A stretch of DNA of 64,000 bases, from IMG/VR virus record IMGVR_UViG_3300026488_000010; one strand, given 5' to 3'. Origin of the DNA: a virus. Both the position numbers and the translations under genes were made by a program. Shown here in pieces: positions 49,072 to 58,986 of the stretch. The notes beneath the pieces are model-generated. The model was given only the letters and a program-made list of their open reading frames with translations, was not told the origin of the DNA and ran no database searches. The number at the start of each line of letters is the position of its first letter. Position 1 is the first letter of the stretch.

Positions 49072-50041
49072 GGTCAATCCTTAAATCATCACAATAAGAA
49101 CATTGCTCACACATACCACCACAATTTCTGATATATGATTTCCATTTTAGTAAATTGATTGGTCCAATTTTCTGTAATATTTTATAATCCTCATCAACTA
49201 TATCATTCATGTAATATATATTTTCTATTATGTTCATTGCTTCTTTAAAGTTTCCAGCAGTGTTTCTACCCTGCAATTTAAATATATCTAATAGTGTATT
49301 ATATTTTTTATACTCACTAAGGAATCCAGGAATTGAATTCCTTTTCATTAATAATTCCATAGGTTGATATTTGGTAGTTGGACAAAAAAGGTTCCCATCA
49401 TAATTATCTTTTTTAACAAGATTATAATGTTTTAATTTGAATGGACAAAACGTTGTACAATCAACATAGTTTGTAACTGTGCCAAATTTTCTAGAACCTT
49501 TTATATTTTGATATTTATCGAAGTTATGAATCACTTCATCATGTATATAAATCATGTCATAATCATCATATTCACCGTTTGATATCTCTTCAAATGTTGG
49601 TAAATTTATAACAGTGTTTTTTACCATAAACTTAAATTGTTTTTTGGATTCAACCAACCATTTTTTATTTGGAACAACTATTATATCAATAAGATCCTGA
49701 TATAATTCTAATGCTCTAAAAGCATGTTCTCTATCGCTTTCAGTAAGTTCAGTATCATTAAAAACTACACATATTTTAATATCTAATTTCTTTACAGCAT
49801 ATAGAAAATTAATTACTGTTGTATTATCAAAGTAATTGTGAGCATTCTCACCGTTCATATCTTTAAATTTTAACATCATAAAATCACTTGAAATATATAT
49901 CTCGTTTATTAATGTTTTGTATTTATTTAACCATTCTATATTGCAACTTTTCTTTACAAAAAACTCTTGTATGTTTATTGGGAAAGAAAATTTTTTGTAA
50001 AATGGGTTTTTTCTAATATTTTTTCCAGTATTGGTCGTCAT
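49058..50041 (-). CDS. U32-family-like Fe-S protein
   Basis: DCTTFCPFKLKHY, FCP, DIFKLQGR, C-terminal CGGMCEQCSYC. Confidence 0.65.
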   Translation of the reverse strand: MTTNTGKNIRKNPFYKKFSFPINIQEFFVKKSCNIEWLNKYKTLINEIYISSDFMMLKFKDMNGENAHNYFDNTTVINFLYAVKKLDIKICVVFNDTELTESDREHAFRALELYQDLIDIIVVPNKKWLVESKKQFKFMVKNTVINLPTFEEISNGEYDDYDMIYIHDEVIHNFDKYQNIKGSRKFGTVTNYVDCTTFCPFKLKHYNLVKKDNYDGNLFCPTTKYQPMELLMKRNSIPGFLSEYKKYNTLLDIFKLQGRNTAGNFKEAMNIIENIYYMNDIVDEDYKILQKIGPINLLKWKSYIRNCGGMCEQCSYCDDLRIDHEPI

Positions 50042-50759
50042 TGTTTATCTCCATTTGTAATACACTTTCTATGAATATTTTATATTTTTTATATAATTTA
50101 TGATCTGTGTTTTTTAACTTATAAAATGATCCTGAGTCTATCATACCATCATAATGAAATAATAATGAATCATTAAGAATGTGTTTTGGATAATATGCAC
50201 CCTTTGTTTGATCAACTAAATCAGTCATCTTTGATAATCTTCTAGAAACTTCTATATCCGAATCTTTTAAATGTTTGAATCTTAAATAGTCCATATCATA
50301 TAACCATCTATTATTTATAGTTACCATCTGGTACCAATTATAATATAGTGTATGGTTTGGTATATCAATATATTCTTTTTCTTTTTCTAGAATATGTTTA
50401 GGTACTTCTTCAATATAAATACAATCTTTATATAATGTATCTAATTTATCCAAAACTATAACATCTATATCAATATATAAAAATTCTTCTAAAATTCTGC
50501 TAAAATAATGCATAGTATAATTTCGTAAAAAATAATTTATTGAATTAGTTGTTACATTAAATTTTAAACTTTCTATAATATTAACATTATATTTTTGTAA
50601 TAATGCTTTTGTTTTTGAACTTATTTTTCTATTAGTGAATATCCCGCAATATATATTTGCAGATGGATTAGTATCTCTAATACTCTTTGCTAATAGTATT
50701 GCCATCTTTTCATAATTTGGTTCATAATCTGATGCCTCAACGCTAAATACTATATTCAT
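50013..50759 (-). CDS. Glycosyltransferase, GT-A fold (GT8-like)
   Basis: LAKSIR..NP, FLYIDIDVIVL (DxD), FHYDG. Confidence 0.7.
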   Translation of the reverse strand: MNIVFSVEASDYEPNYEKMAILLAKSIRDTNPSANIYCGIFTNRKISSKTKALLQKYNVNIIESLKFNVTTNSINYFLRNYTMHYFSRILEEFLYIDIDVIVLDKLDTLYKDCIYIEEVPKHILEKEKEYIDIPNHTLYYNWYQMVTINNRWLYDMDYLRFKHLKDSDIEVSRRLSKMTDLVDQTKGAYYPKHILNDSLLFHYDGMIDSGSFYKLKNTDHKLYKKYKIFIESVLQMEINNDDQYWKKY

Positions 50760-50768
50760 ACAATTCCT

Positions 50769-51641
50769 TTAAAAATTAAAAATGTCAAATAATCTGTCAT
50801 GTGCTTTATAATTAACATTAACTGTTGCCCCATTAATAAACATAACTGATTTTTGTAGCGCTGCTATCAATTCTTTATCTATTATTTCATCAAAGATTGG
50901 TACAAGTAATTCAAAATGATCATCATACAAATTTAATAGTTTTGTATCAATTTTTGGAATTTTTAATCTAAATAAAAGCCCTGTATGATCAATGATTTTT
51001 AATTTACCATCAATTAACAATACGTTACCTTTTATATTTGAAATCCACATATACATAATAGGTGATCCAATATCATATGATGCTAATTGTTTATATAATT
51101 TTTGTAATAAATTTTTGAATCGTGGTTTAGTTAGATCGTTAAATGTTACATCAGGACCTTGTAAATTTTCTGATATGAAATAACCGTTTTTATATTCTAA
51201 ATTATTTACAACAGGGCTTGAATTTGATAATTTTAATAGTTCTGATATATATAATTGATATTCAGTTTCCCATGAAACACCAATTTTTGATACTGCAAGT
51301 TTTTTCCACTCATAAAACGTATCAATAATAAATGATAAATCAATGTCTCGTTTTTTTTCTAATTTTTTTAATCTTTTGATGGGATTGTGTATCCAAGTAT
51401 CTAATATACTTTCTATGCACCCTTCAGAAATTGCGTTAATTCGTTGTTTATTATAATGATCAATAATATATTCTTCTGATTTATAAATATTGTTTTGATA
51501 CACAAAATAATTGCTTGTAGTGTTCTCCAATATTTCAATATTATGAACATCTTCGTCTTTTAGATCAAAAGCATCCATGAATCTCTTTAATTCTACTCGT
51601 AATTTAATATCTTCAATTTTTTTAGATTCTGTTAAAATCAT
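50769..51641 (-). CDS. Kinase-like protein (APH/choline-kinase-like C-terminal region)
   Basis: SPVVNNL..KNGYFISENLQG; SNIKGNVLL...KIIDH (catalytic loop and DFG-equivalent). Confidence 0.5.
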   Translation of the reverse strand: MILTESKKIEDIKLRVELKRFMDAFDLKDEDVHNIEILENTTSNYFVYQNNIYKSEEYIIDHYNKQRINAISEGCIESILDTWIHNPIKRLKKLEKKRDIDLSFIIDTFYEWKKLAVSKIGVSWETEYQLYISELLKLSNSSPVVNNLEYKNGYFISENLQGPDVTFNDLTKPRFKNLLQKLYKQLASYDIGSPIMYMWISNIKGNVLLIDGKLKIIDHTGLLFRLKIPKIDTKLLNLYDDHFELLVPIFDEIIDKELIAALQKSVMFINGATVNVNYKAHDRLFDIFNF

Positions 51642-51716
51642 TTAATTTCCTTTATGTTTAGTGCTTTTCTAGAATTGTCTACGTTACCTTTTTCTTTTTC
51701 GTACTTCTACCGATAT

Positions 51717-51770
51717 TTGTCCGTTCTATTCTATACAGAACGGACAATTTTTATCACATTTACTTGTAAT
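51717..51770 (-). pseudogene. Radical SAM gene remnant overlapped by an 11-bp-stem hairpin
   Basis: Minus strand 51770-51726 reads ITSKCDKNCPFCIE*, bounded by in-frame stops. Hairpin ttgtccgttct-N9-agaacggacaa at 51717-51747. Confidence 0.65.
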
Positions 51771-51857
51771 TCATCATTTATAGTTATATATTATTGGATC
51801 AAAATTTATTAGAACGTACACCATATTGTATTTTTTAAAAAATTTTTTGAATATATA

Positions 51858-52691
51858 TTAATCATTGTGAATCCAATTTTCCATTCCAAAATAACAGTAC
51901 TCATATATGCATTGAATAATTTTTGGTTCATATTTATAGTCAGATAAATATGAACCATCTATATCTCTAATCATTGATACAAAGCAGTCATATACTTTAT
52001 TATTTTGTATATGTAATGTATTGAATTGTGTCTTACATAAATAATTTTTTGAAGACATGTTATCTTTCCATATATCATAATTTGATAATTTGTCCGGCTG
52101 CTCATTATGTTGTTTTTTAAAATGATAGTCTTGTTTGATGTCGTCAAATATTTTTTGATGTTCTAATGTTCTCAAATGTTTTGTACTAGGAGCAGATGAT
52201 GTGCTAGAATTGATGATTGGGCAAAATTGAACATTTTTAAATATTTTTTTTAATTTAAAATATTCAGAATAGTCCGCATCTTCGTGACCCATATATGCTA
52301 TCTCATTCACAAGTTTTGATGACACATTTTTTACAAATTCTTTTAAAGTTGTTGATTGGGAATGATATGAATAATTGATTTTGCAATGATCATATACGGG
52401 ACTATTGAAAACTTCTGGATTTGATCCATTTGTTTGAATAATAATCTTAACTTTTGATTGCTTATATTGCTTTAAATGTTTTACAATTGAATCCAATCCT
52501 GGATATAATGTTGGTTCTCCACCATATATAAATACTTCATTATCTCGCTGATTGTGGTTATATAACTCATTTAATAAATTATCTAAACCAATCATATCAA
52601 AAGCTAATAACGCTTTTGAATTATCATGCATATCTGTACAGTAATTACAATTATAATTACAAGTTTCATTTAATCGTATTTCTATTCTCAT
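51858..52691 (-). CDS. Radical SAM protein
   Basis: CNYNCNYC, GGEPTLYP, TNGS, C-terminal Cys cluster. Confidence 0.9.
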   Translation of the reverse strand: MRIEIRLNETCNYNCNYCTDMHDNSKALLAFDMIGLDNLLNELYNHNQRDNEVFIYGGEPTLYPGLDSIVKHLKQYKQSKVKIIIQTNGSNPEVFNSPVYDHCKINYSYHSQSTTLKEFVKNVSSKLVNEIAYMGHEDADYSEYFKLKKIFKNVQFCPIINSSTSSAPSTKHLRTLEHQKIFDDIKQDYHFKKQHNEQPDKLSNYDIWKDNMSSKNYLCKTQFNTLHIQNNKVYDCFVSMIRDIDGSYLSDYKYEPKIIQCIYEYCYFGMENWIHND

Positions 52692-52705
52692 AATGTTACT
52701 AGTCC

Positions 52706-53635
52706 TTATTTTTCTTTTTTTATTTTTAATAATCCATCACATGAACAATAATCGAATGGGCATCTTTTAGGTTCAATGCTATCAATATTCTGAAAATATT
52801 TTTTAATTGGATGTTTTTCCGTATCAAAGCATAATTGACCAACTCTGCAATCCAAACCTATTTCATAATTATTATTCCAACATTTCCAGTCTTTAAACAT
52901 GTTGATTTTACTTTCAAATATTTCTGTATCTGTTTTATAAAATTCTTTTCTATCTTTATCGATAAAGATAAACTCTTTATAATCTCGTTCTTTTAAGTAC
53001 TCAAATTCTTTATAGAACTCTTTAGAATAACGAACATTCTTGTGCTGATCAATATAAATATAATGTGGATGAACTTCAATATTATCATATCTATCTAACA
53101 TCATTATCATCCGTTGAATACGTTTCCAGTACTCTTTTTTTGGATGCAACATAACATTGACTTTGATACGATAACCTTTATTTTGCATTATTAATATATT
53201 TTTGAGAAAAGTTTTATCAGATTCGTCATCAGCATATTCAACATGGTAACTAAACAGTGTATACATTTTAGAGTTAGATTTTTGACAATCTTCGAAAAAG
53301 TTTTGCTTCGAACCATTAGTTGTTATATATAATCTAGAATCTTTATGAGTTAAAACTTTTTCTTCTATCAATTTTATCAATTTATGATATCTATGATGTG
53401 ATGTTGGTTCTCCACCCAATAGTCCTAGAAATATTGGAAGTTTTGCTTTTGATAATTCTTCAATAACTTCTAACTGTTTTGTCCAATTCCCTGGACGCAT
53501 CCATGAATCTTTATACTGTTCAGTTGCATAACAATAAGAACATTTATATTCACATACTGTTGTTATATCCCAATGAATATATAATCGTTGAACTTTGTGT
53601 CCTTCTCCCAGTTGTTTTATAAACATATTTTCCAT
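52706..53635 (-). CDS. Radical SAM protein
   Basis: CEYKCSYC, LGGEPTSH, TTNGS, C-terminal CWNN...C...CPFDYCSC. Confidence 0.9.
   Translation of the reverse strand: MENMFIKQLGEGHKVQRLYIHWDITTVCEYKCSYCYATEQYKDSWMRPGNWTKQLEVIEELSKAKLPIFLGLLGGEPTSHHRYHKLIKLIEEKVLTHKDSRLYITTNGSKQNFFEDCQKSNSKMYTLFSYHVEYADDESDKTFLKNILIMQNKGYRIKVNVMLHPKKEYWKRIQRMIMMLDRYDNIEVHPHYIYIDQHKNVRYSKEFYKEFEYLKERDYKEFIFIDKDRKEFYKTDTEIFESKINMFKDWKCWNNNYEIGLDCRVGQLCFDTEKHPIKKYFQNIDSIEPKRCPFDYCSCDGLLKIKKEK
52950..52970. repeat. B' palindrome embedded in a CDS
   Basis: ctatctttatcgataaagata; 20/21 identical to the core of the 18214-18234 element. Confidence 0.6.
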
Positions 53636-54228
53636 CTTAAATCCTTGTTCAGACTCGCATCTGATATATTATCTTTACCATCTTTAGTCTGAACCCAACA
53701 ATATTTTTTAATTAATTTTGATGATTTCATATTTTGAATAATTTCAAGATACAAATTATAATCATTATCTAACGCGTTCCCTGTTGGAAATTTGGTCACT
53801 GTAGATCTCTTAAAAAATAATTGTGATAATTGAAAAGTACTATTTATTTTTGGTAACATAAACTCTTTTTTTCTCTCTTCAATAGCCTCTAAAGTATTCG
53901 ATAATTTAAAGTTTAAAAAATTAAGATCTTTTTCAAAATCAATATCGTCCCAAAAATCTAAACTAAAATCATCATCTTCCAAATACCAGACATATTTAGA
54001 TGATGATTTATCAAATAAATATTTATAAATAATAGATAAATCATCAGATTTTATATACGAATATTCTATATATAAATCTGTTAATATCTCTTCTATATCA
54101 TCACTATCATTATTAACATAAATTTTTACTTCTGCTCTTAGATGGTCAGGTATTGTATTAATTAAAGATGAAATACATCTCTTAAATAAATGTGGTCGAT
54201 TATGTGTTAGTATTAAAATATCAATCAT
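53617..54228 (-). CDS. Glycosyltransferase family 2-like
   Basis: ILILTHNRPHLFKRCISSL, VNNDSD, YVWYLEDDD. Confidence 0.8.
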   Translation of the reverse strand: MIDILILTHNRPHLFKRCISSLINTIPDHLRAEVKIYVNNDSDDIEEILTDLYIEYSYIKSDDLSIIYKYLFDKSSSKYVWYLEDDDFSLDFWDDIDFEKDLNFLNFKLSNTLEAIEERKKEFMLPKINSTFQLSQLFFKRSTVTKFPTGNALDNDYNLYLEIIQNMKSSKLIKKYCWVQTKDGKDNISDASLNKDLRWKICL

Positions 54229-55226
54229 GAATTAACCTTATAATGTAAAACATTTTTATATTTTATATCATCCTTTGGTACTAGCACAGCATCAACATTA
54301 TTAAATTCAACACCATCACAAATATATAAATCAGAACATTTAAAACATTCTGCTTTTTTTACATATGTTACTAATCTGTTATTTTTCGCGATATCAAAAA
54401 GTTCTTCCTTTGATGGAATACTCTTTGGGACACCATTAAATGTTGAAATATTCCAATCACTATCATCAAATATTTGCTGATATGTTCCATAACAATATTG
54501 TTCATAACCTCTCATAAAACATAAAGGTATATATCGAACATTAATTTTAATATCATATTTTTTTATTATATCAATAAAAGATTTTATTGCAATCGATGTT
54601 TCTAAATAATTGATATGCTCATTAGCATCTGACCATGAATTTACAGGTAATATATTTATCTGATCAGGCATTGTATCTATAATAAACTTTGAATAATTAA
54701 TCATATCATCTAAAAATAATTCATTCACTGTACAATTTATTCGAACTTCCATTTGTAATTGTTGTGCATTCTTAATGGCTTTTTTAATCTTGCAAAAAGC
54801 ATTCTTTGACTGTACAATCTCATCATGTTTATCTTCAAGATTGTGGACACTAAATAATATATCAGTCAATCCCATAAAATTCGATTTGATTATAAACTCT
54901 TCGTTGCTGAACATTGATCCATTCGTAACTGTAGATATTTTCATATGCTTTGGAATATAGTTTAATATATCAAACCAGTTAGTATGTATTGATGATTCTC
55001 CACCTGATAATTCAATCTCTGTAAATCCAGCAAGTACTATGGAATCTATATCATTTTTAATATCTTCAAAAGATTTTTTTAAATGTAATTGATCTATATA
55101 ATAACAAAAAGAACATTTATAATTACAGTTTGTACCTGTATTTAATTTTGCTCTTTTATTATGGATAAGTGCTGGTGATTCTTTAGCATCAGGTAAAAAC
55201 ATTTTATTATATAACATATTAATCAT
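54225..55226 (-). CDS. Radical SAM protein (HxsC-like architecture)
   Basis: CNYKCSFC, LSGGE, VTNG, YIPLC, C-terminal CFKCSDLYICDG. Confidence 0.9.
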   Translation of the reverse strand: MINMLYNKMFLPDAKESPALIHNKRAKLNTGTNCNYKCSFCYYIDQLHLKKSFEDIKNDIDSIVLAGFTEIELSGGESSIHTNWFDILNYIPKHMKISTVTNGSMFSNEEFIIKSNFMGLTDILFSVHNLEDKHDEIVQSKNAFCKIKKAIKNAQQLQMEVRINCTVNELFLDDMINYSKFIIDTMPDQINILPVNSWSDANEHINYLETSIAIKSFIDIIKKYDIKINVRYIPLCFMRGYEQYCYGTYQQIFDDSDWNISTFNGVPKSIPSKEELFDIAKNNRLVTYVKKAECFKCSDLYICDGVEFNNVDAVLVPKDDIKYKNVLHYKVNS

Positions 55227-56115
55227 TTAAAATATCCTTTATAATATTAATTATTTTATCATCATCTTGTAATTGTAAATCTGTATGTTCTAAATCTAAA
55301 ATACGATTTCGTAAACCTAAATCAATATCTAAATAATCTATAACTTCTTGAGTGTATTGAACATCAATTCCAAAATATTTACATTCAACAATAAATCTAG
55401 GAGAACAATCCCATTTCGCATCTATCGGTGTGTAAACATATTTATTAAATCTTTCAAATAAATTATCAACAGGTGCTCTAAGATTTTCGACATTTTTATA
55501 GTTTCCAAAATTTGATATAACTATTTTATCACCTGGAATACGATCAATAGACTCTTGACTAATATATCGACAATTTTCAGTAGCATATATTAATGTTTTA
55601 TTATCATGTCGTGTCGGCTTCTTCAATCTTTTAAGATCAATCATCTTAATATAATTTATATGTTTAGATGTTTGATATGCACTCTGGTCTAATAGAATAT
55701 GGTAGTTTGGTTTATCAATATCTATAACCTTTTTATCCCCACATGCAAACATAAAAACATTATCCATTAATAATGTACAATGTTTTTGAATATTGGTTAT
55801 CGCACCATCTGTAAAAAATATATTAGTGCCTCTCAATAATTTTGGCGAATCTAAAAAAATGGTGTTTGATAATAGTTCTTCTAATTCATTATCAGATATC
55901 AGGTACTTATCAAGTATTGCTTTTGTAAATGTTTTTTTATCTAAATCGCACATCAATATTGCAACAGAAATGTGCTTTTTCAAAAGGTTATAATAATCAA
56001 TAACTTCAAAAGTGTGCCCACATATACCGTGCTTAACGGTGCTCCAGGAATATGTTAAATATAAATTATATTCATTTAAAGTTTGTATGCTTGATTTCAT
56101 GCTTGATTTTTTCAT
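55219..56115 (-). CDS. Hypothetical protein, possibly GT-B-fold-like (paralog of 56702-57502)
   Basis: HGICGHTFEVIDYY N-terminal motif; WDCSPRFIVECKYFG C-terminal motif. Confidence 0.45.
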   Translation of the reverse strand: MKKSSMKSSIQTLNEYNLYLTYSWSTVKHGICGHTFEVIDYYNLLKKHISVAILMCDLDKKTFTKAILDKYLISDNELEELLSNTIFLDSPKLLRGTNIFFTDGAITNIQKHCTLLMDNVFMFACGDKKVIDIDKPNYHILLDQSAYQTSKHINYIKMIDLKRLKKPTRHDNKTLIYATENCRYISQESIDRIPGDKIVISNFGNYKNVENLRAPVDNLFERFNKYVYTPIDAKWDCSPRFIVECKYFGIDVQYTQEVIDYLDIDLGLRNRILDLEHTDLQLQDDDKIINIIKDILND

Positions 56116-56702
56116 ATTATCTCCGAATTAAATATGTCATTTGTGTCACCAATTAAATGTTTTATATCTTGTGGTCGTATATATCGTTTATATTCTTTTA
56201 AGATTTTAAATATATTTTTTTTACTTAAAAAACTTTTTGATCCAATATTTAATGCTGCGTCTAATCGCACATAAATGTTTTTAGATGCAGCAAAATTAAT
56301 AAAGGTTTCTAGATTTTTGATATTGTTATTATCTATTACTACAGTGTATTGTACTTTATGATCAGGATCGTCAACAATATCAACATCTATTAAATTTTCA
56401 GAACAGTGATAAATATATGAATCAATTAAATGATAATATATATTATATCTTTTAAGGAACATACCATTAGTTGTAACATTTATTATACTTTTTTTATCAA
56501 TCAATATATCAAATATTTTTCGCATTTGAGTATCATCTACTAAACCAGGTTCCCCACCTGTAATCGTAACTTTTGAATATTCTTTAATACTTTTTAATGA
56601 ATTGAGAACTTCATTATCATTGATTGATCGCTTATTGTGTGTGTCAACTATACAATACTGACACTTCCAGTTGCATTCAAATGTGATAGGAACACAATAC
56701 AT
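56112..56702 (-). CDS. Minimal radical SAM protein
   Basis: CNWKCQYC, ITGGEPG, TTNG; only 196 aa. Confidence 0.9.
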   Translation of the reverse strand: MYCVPITFECNWKCQYCIVDTHNKRSINDNEVLNSLKSIKEYSKVTITGGEPGLVDDTQMRKIFDILIDKKSIINVTTNGMFLKRYNIYYHLIDSYIYHCSENLIDVDIVDDPDHKVQYTVVIDNNNIKNLETFINFAASKNIYVRLDAALNIGSKSFLSKKNIFKILKEYKRYIRPQDIKHLIGDTNDIFNSEII

Positions 56703-57502
56703 TAGGTGCTCCTAGCAGTCATAGCAACTATCATTTTATCTGATTCATCTATTGTATAATCTTTTAGACCATTTCTTTTAATATCATTATATCTGATTAT
56801 AGTTGAGTCAATAATATCTGTTTCATTCTCTATTATTAATTTAGTATCATAATAAAATGCTTCTGGAATTATTCTATTATTTGTATCGAGCATCTGATGA
56901 ACATATAATATAGTGCAGCATTCTTCAAATATTGATATTGATTTATCAAGATGTTTTAATATAACATTTTTTAAATTATATTTTTTTGTGTACTCTTTAA
57001 TATTTAATTGTTCTGGTACTCGACTAGATATGAATGTTTTAGTTCCCGATGATTGAATATCTTTCATAATATCAAAATTTAACTTTAACTTACATTTAAT
57101 ATCAAAATCTTGATAATCATATTCACCATAAAATATTACTTGTTGTTTCTTCGGCATCATATAACTATGAGACTCATTACTATACACATGCATAGGGCAT
57201 TGTAAAAAACAATATACCTCGTGATATGTTCTGAGATCTAATATTAATGCTTTATTTATTCTGATATTATATAAAGATGTTGTCGTAGTACTTTTGAACT
57301 TTTTAAATAAGTGCTCAATGTTTTTATATTTATTAGAAAACGATCTTTTAAGATCGTTTAGATCTTGATCATTTATATTTACTAATAAAAATTCTAAGTC
57401 TGGATCGTTTTGTGATAAATATGCAAAATATTCAAAAGCATAATAGACTGAACCATTATACTTTTGATGAACATACCATTTGTATATTACTACATTTTTC
57501 AT
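56702..57502 (-). CDS. Hypothetical protein, possibly GT-B-fold-like
   Basis: YNGSVYYAFEYF and DTNNRIIPEAFYY mirror the motifs of 55219-56115. Confidence 0.45.
   Translation of the reverse strand: MKNVVIYKWYVHQKYNGSVYYAFEYFAYLSQNDPDLEFLLVNINDQDLNDLKRSFSNKYKNIEHLFKKFKSTTTTSLYNIRINKALILDLRTYHEVYCFLQCPMHVYSNESHSYMMPKKQQVIFYGEYDYQDFDIKCKLKLNFDIMKDIQSSGTKTFISSRVPEQLNIKEYTKKYNLKNVILKHLDKSISIFEECCTILYVHQMLDTNNRIIPEAFYYDTKLIIENETDIIDSTIIRYNDIKRNGLKDYTIDESDKMIVAMTARST
57338..57359. repeat. B palindrome embedded in a CDS
   Basis: aaacgatctt-tt-aagatcgttt; 21/22 match to the intergenic consensus. Confidence 0.6.
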
Positions 57503-57514
57503 TTTTTTATTTTT

Positions 57515-58120
57515 TTATTTTGAAGACGTTAACGTCTTAATGATTTCAGAATAAATCTCCAGGACCTGTTCTTGTGATGTTGCATCTTTCATATCTCTAT
57601 AAAAAGTCATGTATAACTCTTCTAAATAAGAGCTACGAGCAATAACATCACGAGCATTTAAATATTCTTCAAGTTTATCAATTAACAATTCATCTTCTGT
57701 TTCCAAGATTTGCAGATAAACTTCTTCTTTATTATCATCATGGATAAAATAACCTTTATCACATAAAGTATTATTAATATTAATATATTGATACATCATG
57801 AGACCAGAAGTGTTTGCTTGTTGGTGCGATACCATTTGGCGAGCTTTTTTCATATATATCATTTTCTGAGATGATAGATCATCAGTATCTGGTTCAATGA
57901 TAATTAAATCATGTTCCTGTACATCAATACCCTGATAATCCGAAACGATTCTTACAAGTTTATTAGCATTCATTGCGATTCTAATAGCGACATCTGCTGT
58001 TTGACTCAAACCTAAGAATCTATTATTTTTTTCAAAATCTTGTGTTAAAGAGCTACTAATATACTCAACTTCATAATATTTGCCGTGGTCAATTACCGCA
58101 GCTACACTGTATACCATCAT
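57515..58120 (-). CDS. Hypothetical protein, possible fibre assembly chaperone
   Basis: 201 aa; acidic helical C-terminus (MKDATSQEQVLEIY) resembling tail-fibre assembly proteins; directly downstream of the S74 protein. Confidence 0.4.
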   Translation of the reverse strand: MMVYSVAAVIDHGKYYEVEYISSSLTQDFEKNNRFLGLSQTADVAIRIAMNANKLVRIVSDYQGIDVQEHDLIIIEPDTDDLSSQKMIYMKKARQMVSHQQANTSGLMMYQYININNTLCDKGYFIHDDNKEEVYLQILETEDELLIDKLEEYLNARDVIARSSYLEELYMTFYRDMKDATSQEQVLEIYSEIIKTLTSSK

Positions 58121-58130
58121 TTTTTATTCC

Positions 58131-58976
58131 TTAAAAATCTAATAGATCTTTTAATAGATCATATCTTACACCGTAAAAACCAGTTACTGTTTCTACAACA
58201 TATTCTGCTAATCCTAATTCAATTAGCTCTTGAGCCATTACCCCAACTTGTTTACCAGAATCTAAAATTAATTCTGAATATTCATCTTTATATTCATACT
58301 CGTAGATTGGAACATATTTACCATCAAGTTTTCTAGTACATATATATGTAATATTTTTCTTTAATCTCATATCAGAGTAATGACACCCACAATCAGTATT
58401 ACACACACATTGAGAATTACATGAACAATCAGAATTACATAAACATTGTTTGGATATTTGTTCAAACTTTGTAATGATTTCATTGTGATAAGACATTTTA
58501 ATTTTTGTATTTCTATCAATACTTGATACATTCGATGTTACAGACATATATGTATTTAAAGTATTGATAACTTCAGCAACCGCTTGCCAATGTGATAACG
58601 ATATCTTTGAACCACTTGTTGCATTAAATGATGCTACTGTTGCATAAAAGTTGCCATTACCACCAGACATTGACCAATTCTCTTGTAAAGAATTTACTGC
58701 AAATTTTAAAGCATTAATATCTTTATGACTAATTTTGATATTAGTTCCAGATGCAAAAGATAATGAAGGCCAACCTGTGGTATTTGTACCATGATGTTGA
58801 GTACATGTAATATTAACTTCATATGTATCCTCAACATAGTTTGTACCATGTCCTTTAGTTACAGTCCAAGCTGATGCGGGACTTACTCTCCCAGCATCAA
58901 CCCTTCCTGTAACCGCACTAGGTGTTTTTGTATGTGTCGGTGTACTTGTACTTGTAATACCATCATTAAATCCCAT
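58131..58976 (-). CDS. Fibre-like protein with Cys-rich tract and C-terminal peptidase S74 intramolecular chaperone
   Basis: CLCNSDCSCNSQCVCNTDCGC (58445-58383), then YSDMRLKKNI...YEYEYK...GVMAQEL...YGVRY (S74). Confidence 0.85.
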   Translation of the reverse strand: MGFNDGITSTSTPTHTKTPSAVTGRVDAGRVSPASAWTVTKGHGTNYVEDTYEVNITCTQHHGTNTTGWPSLSFASGTNIKISHKDINALKFAVNSLQENWSMSGGNGNFYATVASFNATSGSKISLSHWQAVAEVINTLNTYMSVTSNVSSIDRNTKIKMSYHNEIITKFEQISKQCLCNSDCSCNSQCVCNTDCGCHYSDMRLKKNITYICTRKLDGKYVPIYEYEYKDEYSELILDSGKQVGVMAQELIELGLAEYVVETVTGFYGVRYDLLKDLLDF

Positions 58977-58986
58977 TATAATTCCT

